From: an uncultured Lachnospiraceae bacterium | GTDB lineage: Bacteria > Bacillota > Clostridia > Lachnospirales > Lachnospiraceae | Direction: 5' to 3' | Assembly (NCBI GenBank): GCA_964632165.1 | Contig: CAZWCZ010000001.1 | Span: 77,681-141,680 of the forward strand | DNA: 64,000 nucleotides | Shown here: positions 17,504 to 27,814 of the stretch, piece after piece | Layout: each line of letters opens with the position of its first letter | Position numbering within the stretch: position 1 is the first letter of the stretch | Made by a program: the position numbers and the translations under genes | Notes under the pieces: model-generated | The model's input: only the letters and a program-made list of their open reading frames with translations | What the model was told of the DNA's origin: nothing | Databases searched by the model: none

Positions 17504-19813
17504 ATGAGTATATACGATTCCCTGAACCCGGAGCAGTTATCCGCTGTAAAACATGACCGTGGTCCTTTACTGATCCTTGCAGGTGCCGGTTCCGGAAAAA
17601 CACGGGTACTTACCCACCGTATCGCCTATCTGATCGAAGAGCGCGGCGTAAGCCCCTACCAGATCCTCGCCATTACGTTTACAAATAAAGCGGCACGTGA
17701 AATGAAAGAACGTGTAGAAAAGACTGTCGGAGAAGAATCCGCTAACATCTGGGTCAGCACTTTTCATTCTACCTGTGTCCGCATCCTCCGACGCTTTATA
17801 GAAAGCCTGGGTTACGACCGGAACTTTACCATTTATGATGCTGATGATCAAAAATCCCTGATGAAAGATGTTCTAAAGCAGCTTCAGATCGACTCAAAGC
17901 AAATGAAGGAACGTTCTTTTTTATCCGCCATCTCCTCTGCAAAAGATGAACTGATCGGTCCGGATGCCTATGCACTGAATGCCTATGACTATACTTCCCG
18001 ACGGATCGCAGAGGTATACAAAGAATATCAGAAACGTCTGAAAGAAAATAATGCCCTTGACTTTGATGACCTGATTTTTAAAACCGTAGAACTGTTCCGC
18101 ATGTACCCTGAAATTCTGGCATATTACCAGCGCCGTTTCCGCTACATCATGGTGGATGAATATCAGGATACCAATACCGCACAGTTCCATCTTATCAAAC
18201 TGCTTGCTTCTTCTGAAAACGAATACGGTGATGTGGAACACAATCTTTGCGTAGTCGGAGACGATGACCAGTCCATCTATAAGTTCCGCGGTGCTAATAT
18301 TTATAATATTTTAAACTTTGAAAAGGAATACCCGGATGCCCGCGTCATCAAACTGGAACAGAATTATCGTTCCACCAAAAACATTCTCGCCGCTGCAAAT
18401 GAAGTCATCCATCATAATCTCGGCAGAAAAGAAAAAGCACTCTGGACAAAAAATGAAGACGGTGCTGCCGTTCACTTCACAAAATACGAGACCGATCTGG
18501 AAGAAAGCTACGGTGTGGCAGATAGGATTCTTTCCGTTATAGAATCGAGCGGCGCTGAGTTTCGTGATTTTGCAGTACTCTATCGTACCAATGCCCAGTC
18601 CCTCGTTTTCGAAAAAGCACTCCGTGCCAGACAGATTAAAGCAAAAACCATCGGTGCATTAAGCTTCTTCCAGAGAAAAGAAGTAAAAGACATCATTGCT
18701 TATTTAAAAACCATTGACAATGCCCGGGATGACATTGCCTTAACCCGTATCATCAATGTACCCAAACGCGGCATCGGCCTGACTACTTTGGACCGTATCA
18801 AGGAATATGCCACAGCAAATACCCTCAATCTTTATCACGCATTGGAGCATATCGAAAGCATTCCTTCCGTAGAACGGGCAAAGCCGAAGATCCTGTCCTT
18901 TATTGCCCTGATAGAAAGTCTCCGTTACGAAAAGGATCAGAATCATCTTCCGTTAAAACAGCTGATTAAGAAATTATTGGAGGAAACTTCTTATATTGAA
19001 GAGCTCCGTGCAGACGACCCAGATACGGCAGAAGAACGCATCCAGAATATTGATGAACTGATTTCTTATGCGGAGCGTTATGAGCAGAACGAAGATCTGC
19101 CTTCCCTTACCGGATTTTTGGAATACTGTGGTCTGAACAGTGAAGACGATACAGAAGAAGAGGAAGAAGATACCGGAAATTATGTTTCTCTTATGACATT
19201 GCACAATGCAAAGGGCCTGGAATTTCCTTACGTATTCCTTTGCGGTATGGAGGAAGGAGTTTTCCCAAGCTATATGTCCATCAGTGCGGAAAATCCGGAA
19301 GCTGAGATTGAAGAAGAACGTCGTCTTTGTTACGTTGGTATTACCCGTGCCATGAAAGAACTCTACCTCAGTGCGGCTGCCAGACGTATGCTGCGCGGTG
19401 AGAATCAGTATAACTCTCTCTCCCGCTTTATCAAAGAAATCCCGCGCTATCTGCTGAATATTACTCCGGCTTCCGGAAAATCCGTTTCCTTCCGGAACAG
19501 CGATGTTTTCCCGGAGAGCAAAGTCCGTGCATCCAAAGCGTTTTCCGCCCCTCCGGTCTACAGCACACCGGGACATTCTTCCCGCCCTGTATATACAACA
19601 ATGTTTGATAAAACCCCGGCGAAAAACATCGGTTCCGGTTCACAAAAACCGCTTCCTTATTCTGTCGGCGATACTGTTCTGCACATCAAATTCGGCACCG
19701 GAACAGTTACCTCCATTGTAAACGGCGGAAAAGATTATGAAGTAACCGTAGATTTCCCGCATTATGGCACGAAAAAACTTCTTTCCGCATTTGCAAACCT
19801 AAAAAAGCTATAA
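17504..19813 (+). CDS. pcrA: ATP-dependent DNA helicase PcrA (UvrD/Rep family)
   Basis: Walker A AGAGSGKTRVLTHRIAYL, DEYQDTN, helicase motifs through VGITRA, and the C-terminal Tudor-like GDTVLHIKFGTGTV. Confidence 0.93.
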   Translation: MSIYDSLNPEQLSAVKHDRGPLLILAGAGSGKTRVLTHRIAYLIEERGVSPYQILAITFTNKAAREMKERVEKTVGEESANIWVSTFHSTCVRILRRFIESLGYDRNFTIYDADDQKSLMKDVLKQLQIDSKQMKERSFLSAISSAKDELIGPDAYALNAYDYTSRRIAEVYKEYQKRLKENNALDFDDLIFKTVELFRMYPEILAYYQRRFRYIMVDEYQDTNTAQFHLIKLLASSENEYGDVEHNLCVVGDDDQSIYKFRGANIYNILNFEKEYPDARVIKLEQNYRSTKNILAAANEVIHHNLGRKEKALWTKNEDGAAVHFTKYETDLEESYGVADRILSVIESSGAEFRDFAVLYRTNAQSLVFEKALRARQIKAKTIGALSFFQRKEVKDIIAYLKTIDNARDDIALTRIINVPKRGIGLTTLDRIKEYATANTLNLYHALEHIESIPSVERAKPKILSFIALIESLRYEKDQNHLPLKQLIKKLLEETSYIEELRADDPDTAEERIQNIDELISYAERYEQNEDLPSLTGFLEYCGLNSEDDTEEEEEDTGNYVSLMTLHNAKGLEFPYVFLCGMEEGVFPSYMSISAENPEAEIEEERRLCYVGITRAMKELYLSAAARRMLRGENQYNSLSRFIKEIPRYLLNITPASGKSVSFRNSDVFPESKVRASKAFSAPPVYSTPGHSSRPVYTTMFDKTPAKNIGSGSQKPLPYSVGDTVLHIKFGTGTVTSIVNGGKDYEVTVDFPHYGTKKLLSAFANLKKL

Positions 19814-19905
19814 ATTCGTCTTGATTTCTATAGTAAATCCGGAGAAAAAGTGATATACTGTAACTATAAAAAATCGTACATGAATTGGACAGAAAGGATG
19901 CTGAT

Positions 19906-20193
19906 ATGAATATGAAAAAAATTGATGAGCTGATTGCAAGCAACACAAAACTGGCTGAACTTCTCGGAAAGAAAACAGAACCTGAAAAGAAAACGCACCC
20001 TCTGGTATGGATTCTTGCTACCGTAGGCGCTATCGCAGCCATTGCAGGAATTGCCTATGCTGTATATCGTTATCTGAACCCGGAATATTTTGAGGATTTC
20101 GATGAAGACGATTACGAAGACATTTATGAAGAAGAGGAAACTCCTGCTACAGAGGAAGATTCTTCTGATTTTGCAGAAAGCACCGAGGAATAA
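19906..20193 (+). CDS. small single-TM protein with an acidic C-terminal tail
   Basis: TM LVWILATVGAIAAIAGIAYAVY followed by a D/E-rich tail. RBS AAAGGA upstream. Confidence 0.4.
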   Translation: MNMKKIDELIASNTKLAELLGKKTEPEKKTHPLVWILATVGAIAAIAGIAYAVYRYLNPEYFEDFDEDDYEDIYEEEETPATEEDSSDFAESTEE

Positions 20194-20211
20194 GTTCCGA
20201 ATAATGCAAGC

Positions 20212-20252
20212 GGCAGGGAAATGCCGGAGAACAGACTCCACATTTCCCTGCC
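20212..20252. terminator. bidirectional terminator
   Basis: ggcagggaaatg ... catttccctgcc hairpin between convergent genes. Confidence 0.7.
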
Positions 20253-20259
20253 TTGTCTT

Positions 20260-21249
20260 TTATTGTGCTGCTTCCGTCGCAAATGTGGTGTTTACCAATG
20301 TCTGATATGCCGGACGCTTTGTCAGTTCTCCTGCACTTTCCAGAATATCAAGCAACAGTTCATAAGATTCCTTCTCAAAAATCAGATCTTCTTTCCAGGT
20401 ATCCTGTGCACCGTATCTTGCCACAATAGCAGTGATCGTATCCAGATCCGTTTCTTTAAACTGAGGCTGTATCTTCTCTGCTATTTCTTTTGCTGTATGT
20501 GAGTTTACATAATCCATTCCTTTTTGCAGTGCCTTTACAAATCCTCGAATGACCTCCGGATTTTTTTCGATATAGCTTTTTTTAGCAGAATATGCCGTAT
20601 ACGGTACATAGCCGCTTTCCACACCCAGCGATGCCACTACATGACCTGTTCCTTCTTTTTCCAGTGCCGTGGCAGACGGTTCAAACTCTACCGTATATTC
20701 TCCGCTTCCTCCTGCAAACGCCTGAGCAGTCATTCCAAAATCAATATTTGTTATGATCTGCAGATCTTTTTCCGGATCTATCCCGTATTTTTTCAGAATA
20801 TATTCAAACACCATCTGTGGCATTCCACCTTTTCTTCCCCCGATCACGGTCCTTCCGATCAAATCTGTCATCTGAAAAGTATCTTCTTTTTCTCTTGAAA
20901 CAAGAAAATTGCCGGCACGCTGAGTCAGCTGTGCAAAATTTACCACATAGTCTTTTGCTCCTTCATTATAGACATAGACGGATGCCTCTGACCCCATAAA
21001 ACCGATGTCTGCTTCACCTGATAATACGGCTGTCATTGTTTTGTCTGCTCCCAGCCCATTCACAAGCACAAGATCGATCCCTTCTTCTTCAAAATATCCT
21101 TCTTCTATTGCCACGTACATTGGAGCATAGAAAATGGAATGCGCCACTTCATTCAGCTGTACTTTTGTCAGTCCGTCTTTCCTGCCGCATCCTACAGCCA
21201 TCAGGCAGACAAAACAGACGGCCAGTAAAAAAACATACTTTCTGCGCAT
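20260..21249 (-). CDS. ABC substrate-binding lipoprotein (NMT1/THI5 / SsuA-like)
   Basis: Lipobox LMAVGCG. HSIFYAPMYVAIEEGYFEEEGIDL is typical of NMT1-like binding proteins. Confidence 0.7.
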   Translation of the reverse strand: MRRKYVFLLAVCFVCLMAVGCGRKDGLTKVQLNEVAHSIFYAPMYVAIEEGYFEEEGIDLVLVNGLGADKTMTAVLSGEADIGFMGSEASVYVYNEGAKDYVVNFAQLTQRAGNFLVSREKEDTFQMTDLIGRTVIGGRKGGMPQMVFEYILKKYGIDPEKDLQIITNIDFGMTAQAFAGGSGEYTVEFEPSATALEKEGTGHVVASLGVESGYVPYTAYSAKKSYIEKNPEVIRGFVKALQKGMDYVNSHTAKEIAEKIQPQFKETDLDTITAIVARYGAQDTWKEDLIFEKESYELLLDILESAGELTKRPAYQTLVNTTFATEAAQ

Positions 21250-21317
21250 AAAAAACCTCCCGCAAGGCGATACACTATGTAATAATATACGCTTACGAAA
21301 GGTTTTCGTTCCTTTTT

Positions 21318-22406
21318 CTATTTTCTGCTCTGTCGGATCAATGCGGAAATGGTTTTTACAAGCATCATCTTTGTCTGCTTATCCAGTCCCGTAATCTCCT
21401 TCAATACCATCCCGGCAACCGCTGCTCTATCTGTCGAAAAATCATCCGGCATTCTGGCATTTATCGCGTCCAGAATTCCAAACAATGTGTCCACAAAATT
21501 CTCCCGCTCTTCTTTTGACAATTCCTTCAGCCAGTTTTTGATCACTTTTTGGATCACAATACTGGATGTTGACAATGCGTCCGATTCCACAAAATGAGCA
21601 CCGGATATTTCCCAGGACAATATATCATGCTGATACACTCCTCTTTGCGAGCTTTTCACTATAATAAAATCTCCGATACGTTCCAAAAGCATTCCGACGA
21701 TTGAAGTTTCCGGGACGTAGGTTTTGATCCGGGGAAGCATTTCTTCATAAGCATCCCCCAGGGTATCCAGATCATAAAATCCGGGACCATCCTCATTATA
21801 AACCGTGAGAATCCTTTTTCTTACTTTCATCGAACTTCTTACGGCAGAATAGATGGCAAGATTTCCTCCCTTAGAATGTCCTCCGACATACAGCTTTCCC
21901 CTGACAGAAGTGGCAGCCTGTTCCAAATAATCAAGTGCCATGCTCTGTGCCGGAATAACCGGCAGAAAACTCATATTGAAATCTTCTTTCCATCCTATAA
22001 GTGTATCATCCGTTCCTCGAAATAGCACATACGAAACTTCTTTCCCTATCAGTACCGTCATGGCACAAAATTGCGTTTCCTGCATGGGATCGATCCGGTT
22101 TACAAATCCGGTCAGACGCATATCAGCAAACCTTCTCGACGCTGCCATTCTTTGAAACAGAAGAACTGACATTTTTGTAAAAGAGACTGAGGAGTTTAAT
22201 ATCCGTTCGATATCATGCGTTGCAAAAAATTTGTCTGCTGCCTGCTTTATCGTAAGCGATCCCGCTTCCGAACATTTTTCGGGTACGATTCCGTCCAATG
22301 CCACATAAGACATGCTGCACAGTGCCAGACTGTCTACTTCATTAAATTCAGACTGTTCCAGCGTCAAATCTCCTCTCCATTCCAGATAATCAAACAAATT
22401 TGCCAT
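21318..22406 (-). CDS. DUF2974 (Mbeg1-like) alpha/beta hydrolase
   Basis: MANLFDYLEWRGDLTLEQSEFNEVDSLALCSMSY N-terminus and nucleophile elbow GHSKGG. Confidence 0.7.
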   Translation of the reverse strand: MANLFDYLEWRGDLTLEQSEFNEVDSLALCSMSYVALDGIVPEKCSEAGSLTIKQAADKFFATHDIERILNSSVSFTKMSVLLFQRMAASRRFADMRLTGFVNRIDPMQETQFCAMTVLIGKEVSYVLFRGTDDTLIGWKEDFNMSFLPVIPAQSMALDYLEQAATSVRGKLYVGGHSKGGNLAIYSAVRSSMKVRKRILTVYNEDGPGFYDLDTLGDAYEEMLPRIKTYVPETSIVGMLLERIGDFIIVKSSQRGVYQHDILSWEISGAHFVESDALSTSSIVIQKVIKNWLKELSKEERENFVDTLFGILDAINARMPDDFSTDRAAVAGMVLKEITGLDKQTKMMLVKTISALIRQSRK

Positions 22407-22450
22407 CTTACACTCCATTCCGAGAGTACTTCCTCTCCCCATTCATGCAA

Positions 22451-23365
22451 TCACACATCTGCAATATTTCCGATCATCTTCCAGCCGGAAGCTTCTTCCT
22501 TCATTCCGATCAACGTATTTCTCACCGCATCCTCTGTAATACATCCCTCAAACTCAGCAAAAAACCGACATTCTGAATTTTGTCCTGCTCTCGGAGCAGA
22601 TTCTATCTTTATCATATTCAATTTATTATATGCGATATGACTCAGCATTTTATACAGACTTCCCGCACTATCCGGTATTTCAAAGCAGACGCAGATCTTC
22701 CCTGCATGCTCCAAAAATTCTTTTTTCCCTGAAACAACAATATAATATGCAGGATCAACTGTCTCTGCCTTTTCATCCTCTTTTCGTACTCCCTCAGACT
22801 TTGCAGGAAAGACATATTCCGCAATGATATAATTATCATATTCCATCAGCAGATCATAAATAGCTGTCATTCTTTCCGTTTCTGTATTTTTAACCCGGAG
22901 CACTCCATACTCTGCCTGATGATCCTGTATCACTTTCATCAGCTTTCTGACCGACTCTTCCGGTACTGCCTGCACCTTTGTCCCGAAACAGTGGCGCATT
23001 GCCTGTTCAGCATAAGAATCTTTTGTTTTCAAAAAACAGACTTTAATTTCCGGTGTTTTTGGAAGGCTCTTTCGCTGCTCAAATCCGTTTTCTTCCTGTC
23101 CAAGCAGCGTATATTGATATTTGCGGCTGATCGACATAATCTGTGAAAACAGTTCTTCCATTGCTCTCTGATCAAGCTCAGAAGAAACCAGTGCAGAAAG
23201 TTTTTCCAATTTTTCTTTTTCTCTTTGTGCATCCAGCACTTTTTTTCCTGTCTTCCTTTTATATTCCGCTACATCCCGTGCAGCTTCCATCCGCTGCTCA
23301 AACAAAGAAACGATTTCTTTATCAATCCGGTCTATTTTTGCTCTGGATTCCATTAAATCTGTCAT
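22451..23365 (-). CDS. pheA: chorismate mutase fused to a prephenate-dehydratase/ACT-like domain
   Basis: AroQ CM region RAKIDRIDKEIVSLFEQRMEAARDVAEYK. The C-terminal part carries IKIESAPR (compare the ESRP motif), but other PDT motifs look degenerate. Confidence 0.6.
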   Translation of the reverse strand: MTDLMESRAKIDRIDKEIVSLFEQRMEAARDVAEYKRKTGKKVLDAQREKEKLEKLSALVSSELDQRAMEELFSQIMSISRKYQYTLLGQEENGFEQRKSLPKTPEIKVCFLKTKDSYAEQAMRHCFGTKVQAVPEESVRKLMKVIQDHQAEYGVLRVKNTETERMTAIYDLLMEYDNYIIAEYVFPAKSEGVRKEDEKAETVDPAYYIVVSGKKEFLEHAGKICVCFEIPDSAGSLYKMLSHIAYNKLNMIKIESAPRAGQNSECRFFAEFEGCITEDAVRNTLIGMKEEASGWKMIGNIADV

Positions 23366-23396
23366 AATTTCCCGCCTTTTTGGTAGACTTCTCCGT

Positions 23397-23960
23397 TTAT
23401 TTATCATAATCGATGTCTGAATACCAGTGAAATCCCGGTGAATAGCGGAACAAAACTTTTGCCTTGATGTCTTCCTTTTTAATAAAGGAACTCTTTTTCC
23501 AGTACCTGGAGTCATGCGAATCATTTCGATTGTCCCCCATCATAAAATACTCACCTTCCGGAACTACATAAGGTCCAAATGTCTCGTTCTTCATTTTTTC
23601 TTTCAAATACGGTTCTTCCAATGGTTCTCCATTAATATAGACATACCCATCTTTAATTTCTACCGTTTCTCCCGGCAGTCCGATGACTCTCTTGACATAA
23701 TATTCTACTTTCTCGCCATCATATTCTTCCGGTGCATCCGGCGGAATAAAAATTATAATATCTCCGCGCTTAGGTTCTGAAAAAAGATACGCCAGCCGGA
23801 ACCCGATCATTTTATCGTTTACCTGAATGGTATTTTCCATTGAACCGCTTGGAACCCATGCTTTAAAGATCACATAGTCTGTGATCAATCGTGCCGCAAG
23901 GACCGCAAATGCAATCGTTACTATCCAGGCAAGGAGTTCTTTTAACCAATTTCTTATCAA
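23397..23960 (-). CDS. lepB: signal peptidase I
   Basis: Catalytic boxes SGSMENT, KRVIGLPGE and GDNRNDSHDSRYW. Confidence 0.9.
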   Translation of the reverse strand: MIRNWLKELLAWIVTIAFAVLAARLITDYVIFKAWVPSGSMENTIQVNDKMIGFRLAYLFSEPKRGDIIIFIPPDAPEEYDGEKVEYYVKRVIGLPGETVEIKDGYVYINGEPLEEPYLKEKMKNETFGPYVVPEGEYFMMGDNRNDSHDSRYWKKSSFIKKEDIKAKVLFRYSPGFHWYSDIDYDK

Positions 23961-24004
23961 TTTCTTATCAATTTCATATCACCTTCTTGTTCCCTTCCTG
24001 CTCT

Positions 24005-25510
24005 TTAATCATTCACCTTTTTCACAAAACGCAGGAATGCCTCTTTTCCTTCTTCAGTCCGCTTATAAACGCCGGCATGTTCCAATACTTTGACAAAAAC
24101 CTGTCCAATCTCTTTTTCGACGATCGCATCTATCGTATCTTCGGAAAATGTCCGATACCTGGAAACCAGTTCTTCCGCCCAAGGTCCGTGAGCCGCAATG
24201 CTTTCCACCTCGGAAACCGCTCTTCCCTGCAGCAGACACTGCTTAACTTCTTCCATTTCTTTCTTCAAACGTGCCGGAAGAACCGCAAGACCCATAACCT
24301 CGATCAGACCGATATTTTCCTTCTTGATATGGTGCAGTTCTGCATGCGGATGATAAAGACCAAGCGGATGTTCCTTCGTCGTCAGATTATTTCTGAGCAC
24401 TAAATCCAGTTCAAACTTTCCGTTGCGCACTCTTGCAATCGGAGTAATCGTATTGTGAAGTTCTCCGTCTGTCACTGAAAAAATCATTGCGCTTTCGTCA
24501 GTATAACCTCTCCACGTGTTCAGAATACGTTCTGCGAGTTCTACCAGACGTTCTTTCTTTTCACTTCTGATACGAATCACTGACATCGGCCACTTTACAA
24601 TGCCTGCTTCTATGTCCTCAAATCCACGGAAGGTAAGTGTTGTCTCCACTTCTGCCTTTTCCATTGCAAAAGTATAATGCCCACCCTGAAAATGGTCATG
24701 TGTCAGGATCGATCCGCCAACGATCGGAAGGTCTGCATTAGACCCGAGGAAATAATGTGGAAACTGTTCTACAAAATCAAGCAGTTTTACAAAGCAGGCC
24801 CGATCGATCTTCATCGGTGTATGATTCTGATTCAATACGATACAATGTTCATTATAATATACATAAGGAGAATACTGCATTCCCCATGGTTCATTATTCA
24901 TAGTCAACGGAATAATGCGCAGATTCTGTCTTGCCGGATGGTTCGTTCTTCCTGCATAACCTTCATTTTCCACACAAAGCTGGCACTTTGGATAACCGCT
25001 CTGTTTCTGCGTCTTTGCTGCTGCAATGGCTTTCGGATCCTTTTCCGGTTTCGACAGATTGATCGTAATGTCGATCGTTCCGTATTCAGAATCCACCGTC
25101 CATTTTCTGTCCTTTTTTACACGATCCGTACGAATATAGTTAGAAGAACGGCTCAGATTGTAAAAATACTCCGTTGCCGACTCTGTGTTTTCTGCTTTTT
25201 TCTTTTCAAACGTGCGGATAACTTCACCCGGTCTTGGTGTAAGTACGCCCATTACCTTTGTATCAAACAGATCCCGATATGTAATCGTATCTGCTTCCAT
25301 CAATCCATTCTCCGCCGCATAATCATTCATTTTTTCTAAAACCGCCGACAGATGTTCCGTATCGCACGGCAGTGCTTCCTGTTCCACATCCTCAAGTTCC
25401 TCTAAGTGAAACAGCTCCAGCAAACGGTTTATAATATAAATGCGGTCTTCTTCTTCGATCAGTCCTGTATTCACGCCATATTCGGCAAGCCAAAGAATTT
25501 CCTTTGTCAT
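24005..25510 (-). CDS. galT: UDP-glucose--hexose-1-phosphate uridylyltransferase (type 2 GalT)
   Basis: About 500 aa, the Firmicutes-type GalT. Adjacent to galK. Confidence 0.85.
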   Translation of the reverse strand: MTKEILWLAEYGVNTGLIEEEDRIYIINRLLELFHLEELEDVEQEALPCDTEHLSAVLEKMNDYAAENGLMEADTITYRDLFDTKVMGVLTPRPGEVIRTFEKKKAENTESATEYFYNLSRSSNYIRTDRVKKDRKWTVDSEYGTIDITINLSKPEKDPKAIAAAKTQKQSGYPKCQLCVENEGYAGRTNHPARQNLRIIPLTMNNEPWGMQYSPYVYYNEHCIVLNQNHTPMKIDRACFVKLLDFVEQFPHYFLGSNADLPIVGGSILTHDHFQGGHYTFAMEKAEVETTLTFRGFEDIEAGIVKWPMSVIRIRSEKKERLVELAERILNTWRGYTDESAMIFSVTDGELHNTITPIARVRNGKFELDLVLRNNLTTKEHPLGLYHPHAELHHIKKENIGLIEVMGLAVLPARLKKEMEEVKQCLLQGRAVSEVESIAAHGPWAEELVSRYRTFSEDTIDAIVEKEIGQVFVKVLEHAGVYKRTEEGKEAFLRFVKKVND

Positions 25511-25576
25511 CTTTTCTCTCCATTCCGAAAATGCCGGAAGCTTTCTGTTGCTTCCGACACTTTCCTGTTTTGTTAT

Positions 25577-26743
25577 TTACTTTAATTCTACCGGGCCGCT
25601 TCCGATATCAACCACATAAAAATCAGCGGCATATCCTATCTTATCCTTATAAATATCTCCGACGGTCTGAATAAACTGTTCTACACAGTCCTCTCTTACA
25701 ATACTTACCGTACATCCGCCAAATCCGGCACCTGTCATACGAGAGCCGATGACTCCGTCTACCGTCCACGCAGTCTCAACGAGTGTATCCAATTCAATTC
25801 CGGTTACTTCATAGTCATCACGCAGCGATACATGTGATGCATTCATCAGTTTTCCGAAAGTTATAATGTCATTTTCCTTTAAGGCAGCCACTGCACGGAT
25901 CGTTCTCTGATTTTCATATACTGCATGCTTTGCACGACGGATCTTAACTTCATCTCCGATAACATTCTTTACTTCCTCAAATTCTTCTTCCGAAAGTTCA
26001 CCAAGAGATCTGATGTCCTTTTTCGTCTGAATAAGTGCCAGTGCCGCTTCGCATTCGCTTCTTCTTTCGTTATACTTGGAATCACCAAGACCGCGCTTCT
26101 TATTGCTGCATGCGATCACGATCTTTGCGTTTTCCAATACCAGCGGTGCATATTCATAAGACAGATCTGCGGTATCAAGAAAAATGGCATGATCTTTTTT
26201 TCCCATCGCAATCGCGAACTGATCCATAATCCCACAATTCACTCCGATGAACTGATTTTCTGCCTTCTGTGCAAGCTTGGAAATTTCAATGAAATCCATC
26301 TCAAATCCAAACAGTTCACGACACGCAAATGCGGTCAGAACTTCAATAGAAGCCGAAGAAGAAAGTCCTGAAGAATTCGGAATGTTCCCACAGAATACAA
26401 AATCCATTCCCTCATCCAGGCAGATCCCTGCTTCTCTTAATTTTGCGATGATTCCCATCGGATAATTTGCCCAGTCTTTTTCTTTATCATAAACAAGTTC
26501 ATCAAGGTCTGCAGAAATAATGCCAAGCTGTTCAAAATTCATTGAATAGAACCGACAAGTGTCCATGCCGTTCCTTCTTGCAGCAGCATAAGTGCCGATC
26601 GTAAGTGCACATGGGAATACATGTCCCCCATTATAATCCGTATGCTCTCCGATCATATTGACGCGACCAGGTGCAAAAAACACACGGACATCTTCTGTCC
26701 CGCCGTAAATACGTTCAAATTCCTGCATTAACTCTTCTCTCAT
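25577..26743 (-). CDS. galK: galactokinase
   Basis: GRVNMIGEHTDYNGG signature and GHMP motif PNSSGLSSSAS. Confidence 0.93.
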   Translation of the reverse strand: MREELMQEFERIYGGTEDVRVFFAPGRVNMIGEHTDYNGGHVFPCALTIGTYAAARRNGMDTCRFYSMNFEQLGIISADLDELVYDKEKDWANYPMGIIAKLREAGICLDEGMDFVFCGNIPNSSGLSSSASIEVLTAFACRELFGFEMDFIEISKLAQKAENQFIGVNCGIMDQFAIAMGKKDHAIFLDTADLSYEYAPLVLENAKIVIACSNKKRGLGDSKYNERRSECEAALALIQTKKDIRSLGELSEEEFEEVKNVIGDEVKIRRAKHAVYENQRTIRAVAALKENDIITFGKLMNASHVSLRDDYEVTGIELDTLVETAWTVDGVIGSRMTGAGFGGCTVSIVREDCVEQFIQTVGDIYKDKIGYAADFYVVDIGSGPVELK

Positions 26744-26969
26744 GATTGCCTCCTTATTACTGTCGGAATTTAATTTATTCCAATATCTTTGTTTTAAACC
26801 AATATTTCTGAATATAGTTTATCAAATACTCTAAAAAAAGTAAAGGAAAATTTCTTTGATTTAGCACTCAAATCCGTATTTTTCTTGAAAAATCCCATTT
26901 TTCCTAGTACAATCCTCTTATATTCTTTTACACCCGTTCAAAGAATTTTTATTAAGGGAGAAAACTAAT

Positions 26970-27752
26970 ATGAATAAAAACAAAAAAATAAGATCTACCG
27001 GCACCGCCCGCAGAAAATTCACGGGATTTACCGGTACACACCTGAAATGGTTTGCTCTTATCTGCATGTGCATTGACCATGCAGGAGCTGTCCTTTTAGA
27101 AAACGGGCTTCTTCCCAAGATCACCTCGTCTGTTCTTGTAGGAAATTCTTACGACTACCTGACAAATGACTATCTGTTTTGGTATAACCTCAGCATTGTC
27201 TGCCGGCTGATCGGACGCCTTGCTTTTCCCCTTTACTGTTTTCTGCTTGTAGAAGGGTTTCTGCATACCAAAAGTGTTACCCGCTATGCCCTGCGTCTTG
27301 GAATTTTTGCACTGCTTTCAGAACTTCCTTTTGACCTTGCCCTTTATGGAACCATTTTGGATCTGCAGCATCAGAATGTATTTTTTACTCTGCTGTTCGG
27401 CCTCCTCGTCCTCTATGGAATGGACTATATGGAAATCAAGCATCCGCCTCATCGGCTCCTGCCCTATCTTGTCATTTTCGGCGGTATGCTGGTCTCTTCC
27501 TTCTTACAGACGGATTATAACGCCTTTGGTATCTTATTGATCGTCATGCTTTACCTGCTTCGCGAAAACAGGCGGACGCAATGCATCACAGGCGCCCTCT
27601 GCACCATTTGGGAATATTCCGCTCCGCTTGCTTTTATTCCTATCCGTTTTTATAACGGAGAGCGCGGAAAGCAAAAATGCAAATATTTTTATTATCTCTT
27701 TTATCCTCTCCATCTTTTGCTGCTGTTCGTTCTGCATTCTGCATTATTCTGA
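26970..27752 (+). CDS. TraX-family membrane protein
   Basis: LKWFALICMCIDHAGAVL is a typical TraX N-terminus. The protein is polytopic. Confidence 0.7.
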   Translation: MNKNKKIRSTGTARRKFTGFTGTHLKWFALICMCIDHAGAVLLENGLLPKITSSVLVGNSYDYLTNDYLFWYNLSIVCRLIGRLAFPLYCFLLVEGFLHTKSVTRYALRLGIFALLSELPFDLALYGTILDLQHQNVFFTLLFGLLVLYGMDYMEIKHPPHRLLPYLVIFGGMLVSSFLQTDYNAFGILLIVMLYLLRENRRTQCITGALCTIWEYSAPLAFIPIRFYNGERGKQKCKYFYYLFYPLHLLLLFVLHSALF

Positions 27753-27760
27753 GTCAAAAA

Positions 27761-27800
27761 AGCACGGAATGAAGTTATTTTTCAAACTGCGTTCCGTGCT
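27761..27800. terminator. bidirectional terminator
   Basis: agcacggaa ... ttccgtgct hairpin with a T-run, between convergent traX-like and tyrS. Confidence 0.6.
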
Positions 27801-27814
27801 TTCCTTTTTCTCAT

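Noticed and set aside
21250-21317. A possible TPP riboswitch upstream of the NMT1/THI5-like binding protein
   Set aside because: The region is only 68 nt and lacks the CUGAGA / ACCUGAUCUGGAUAAUGC-type conserved elements.
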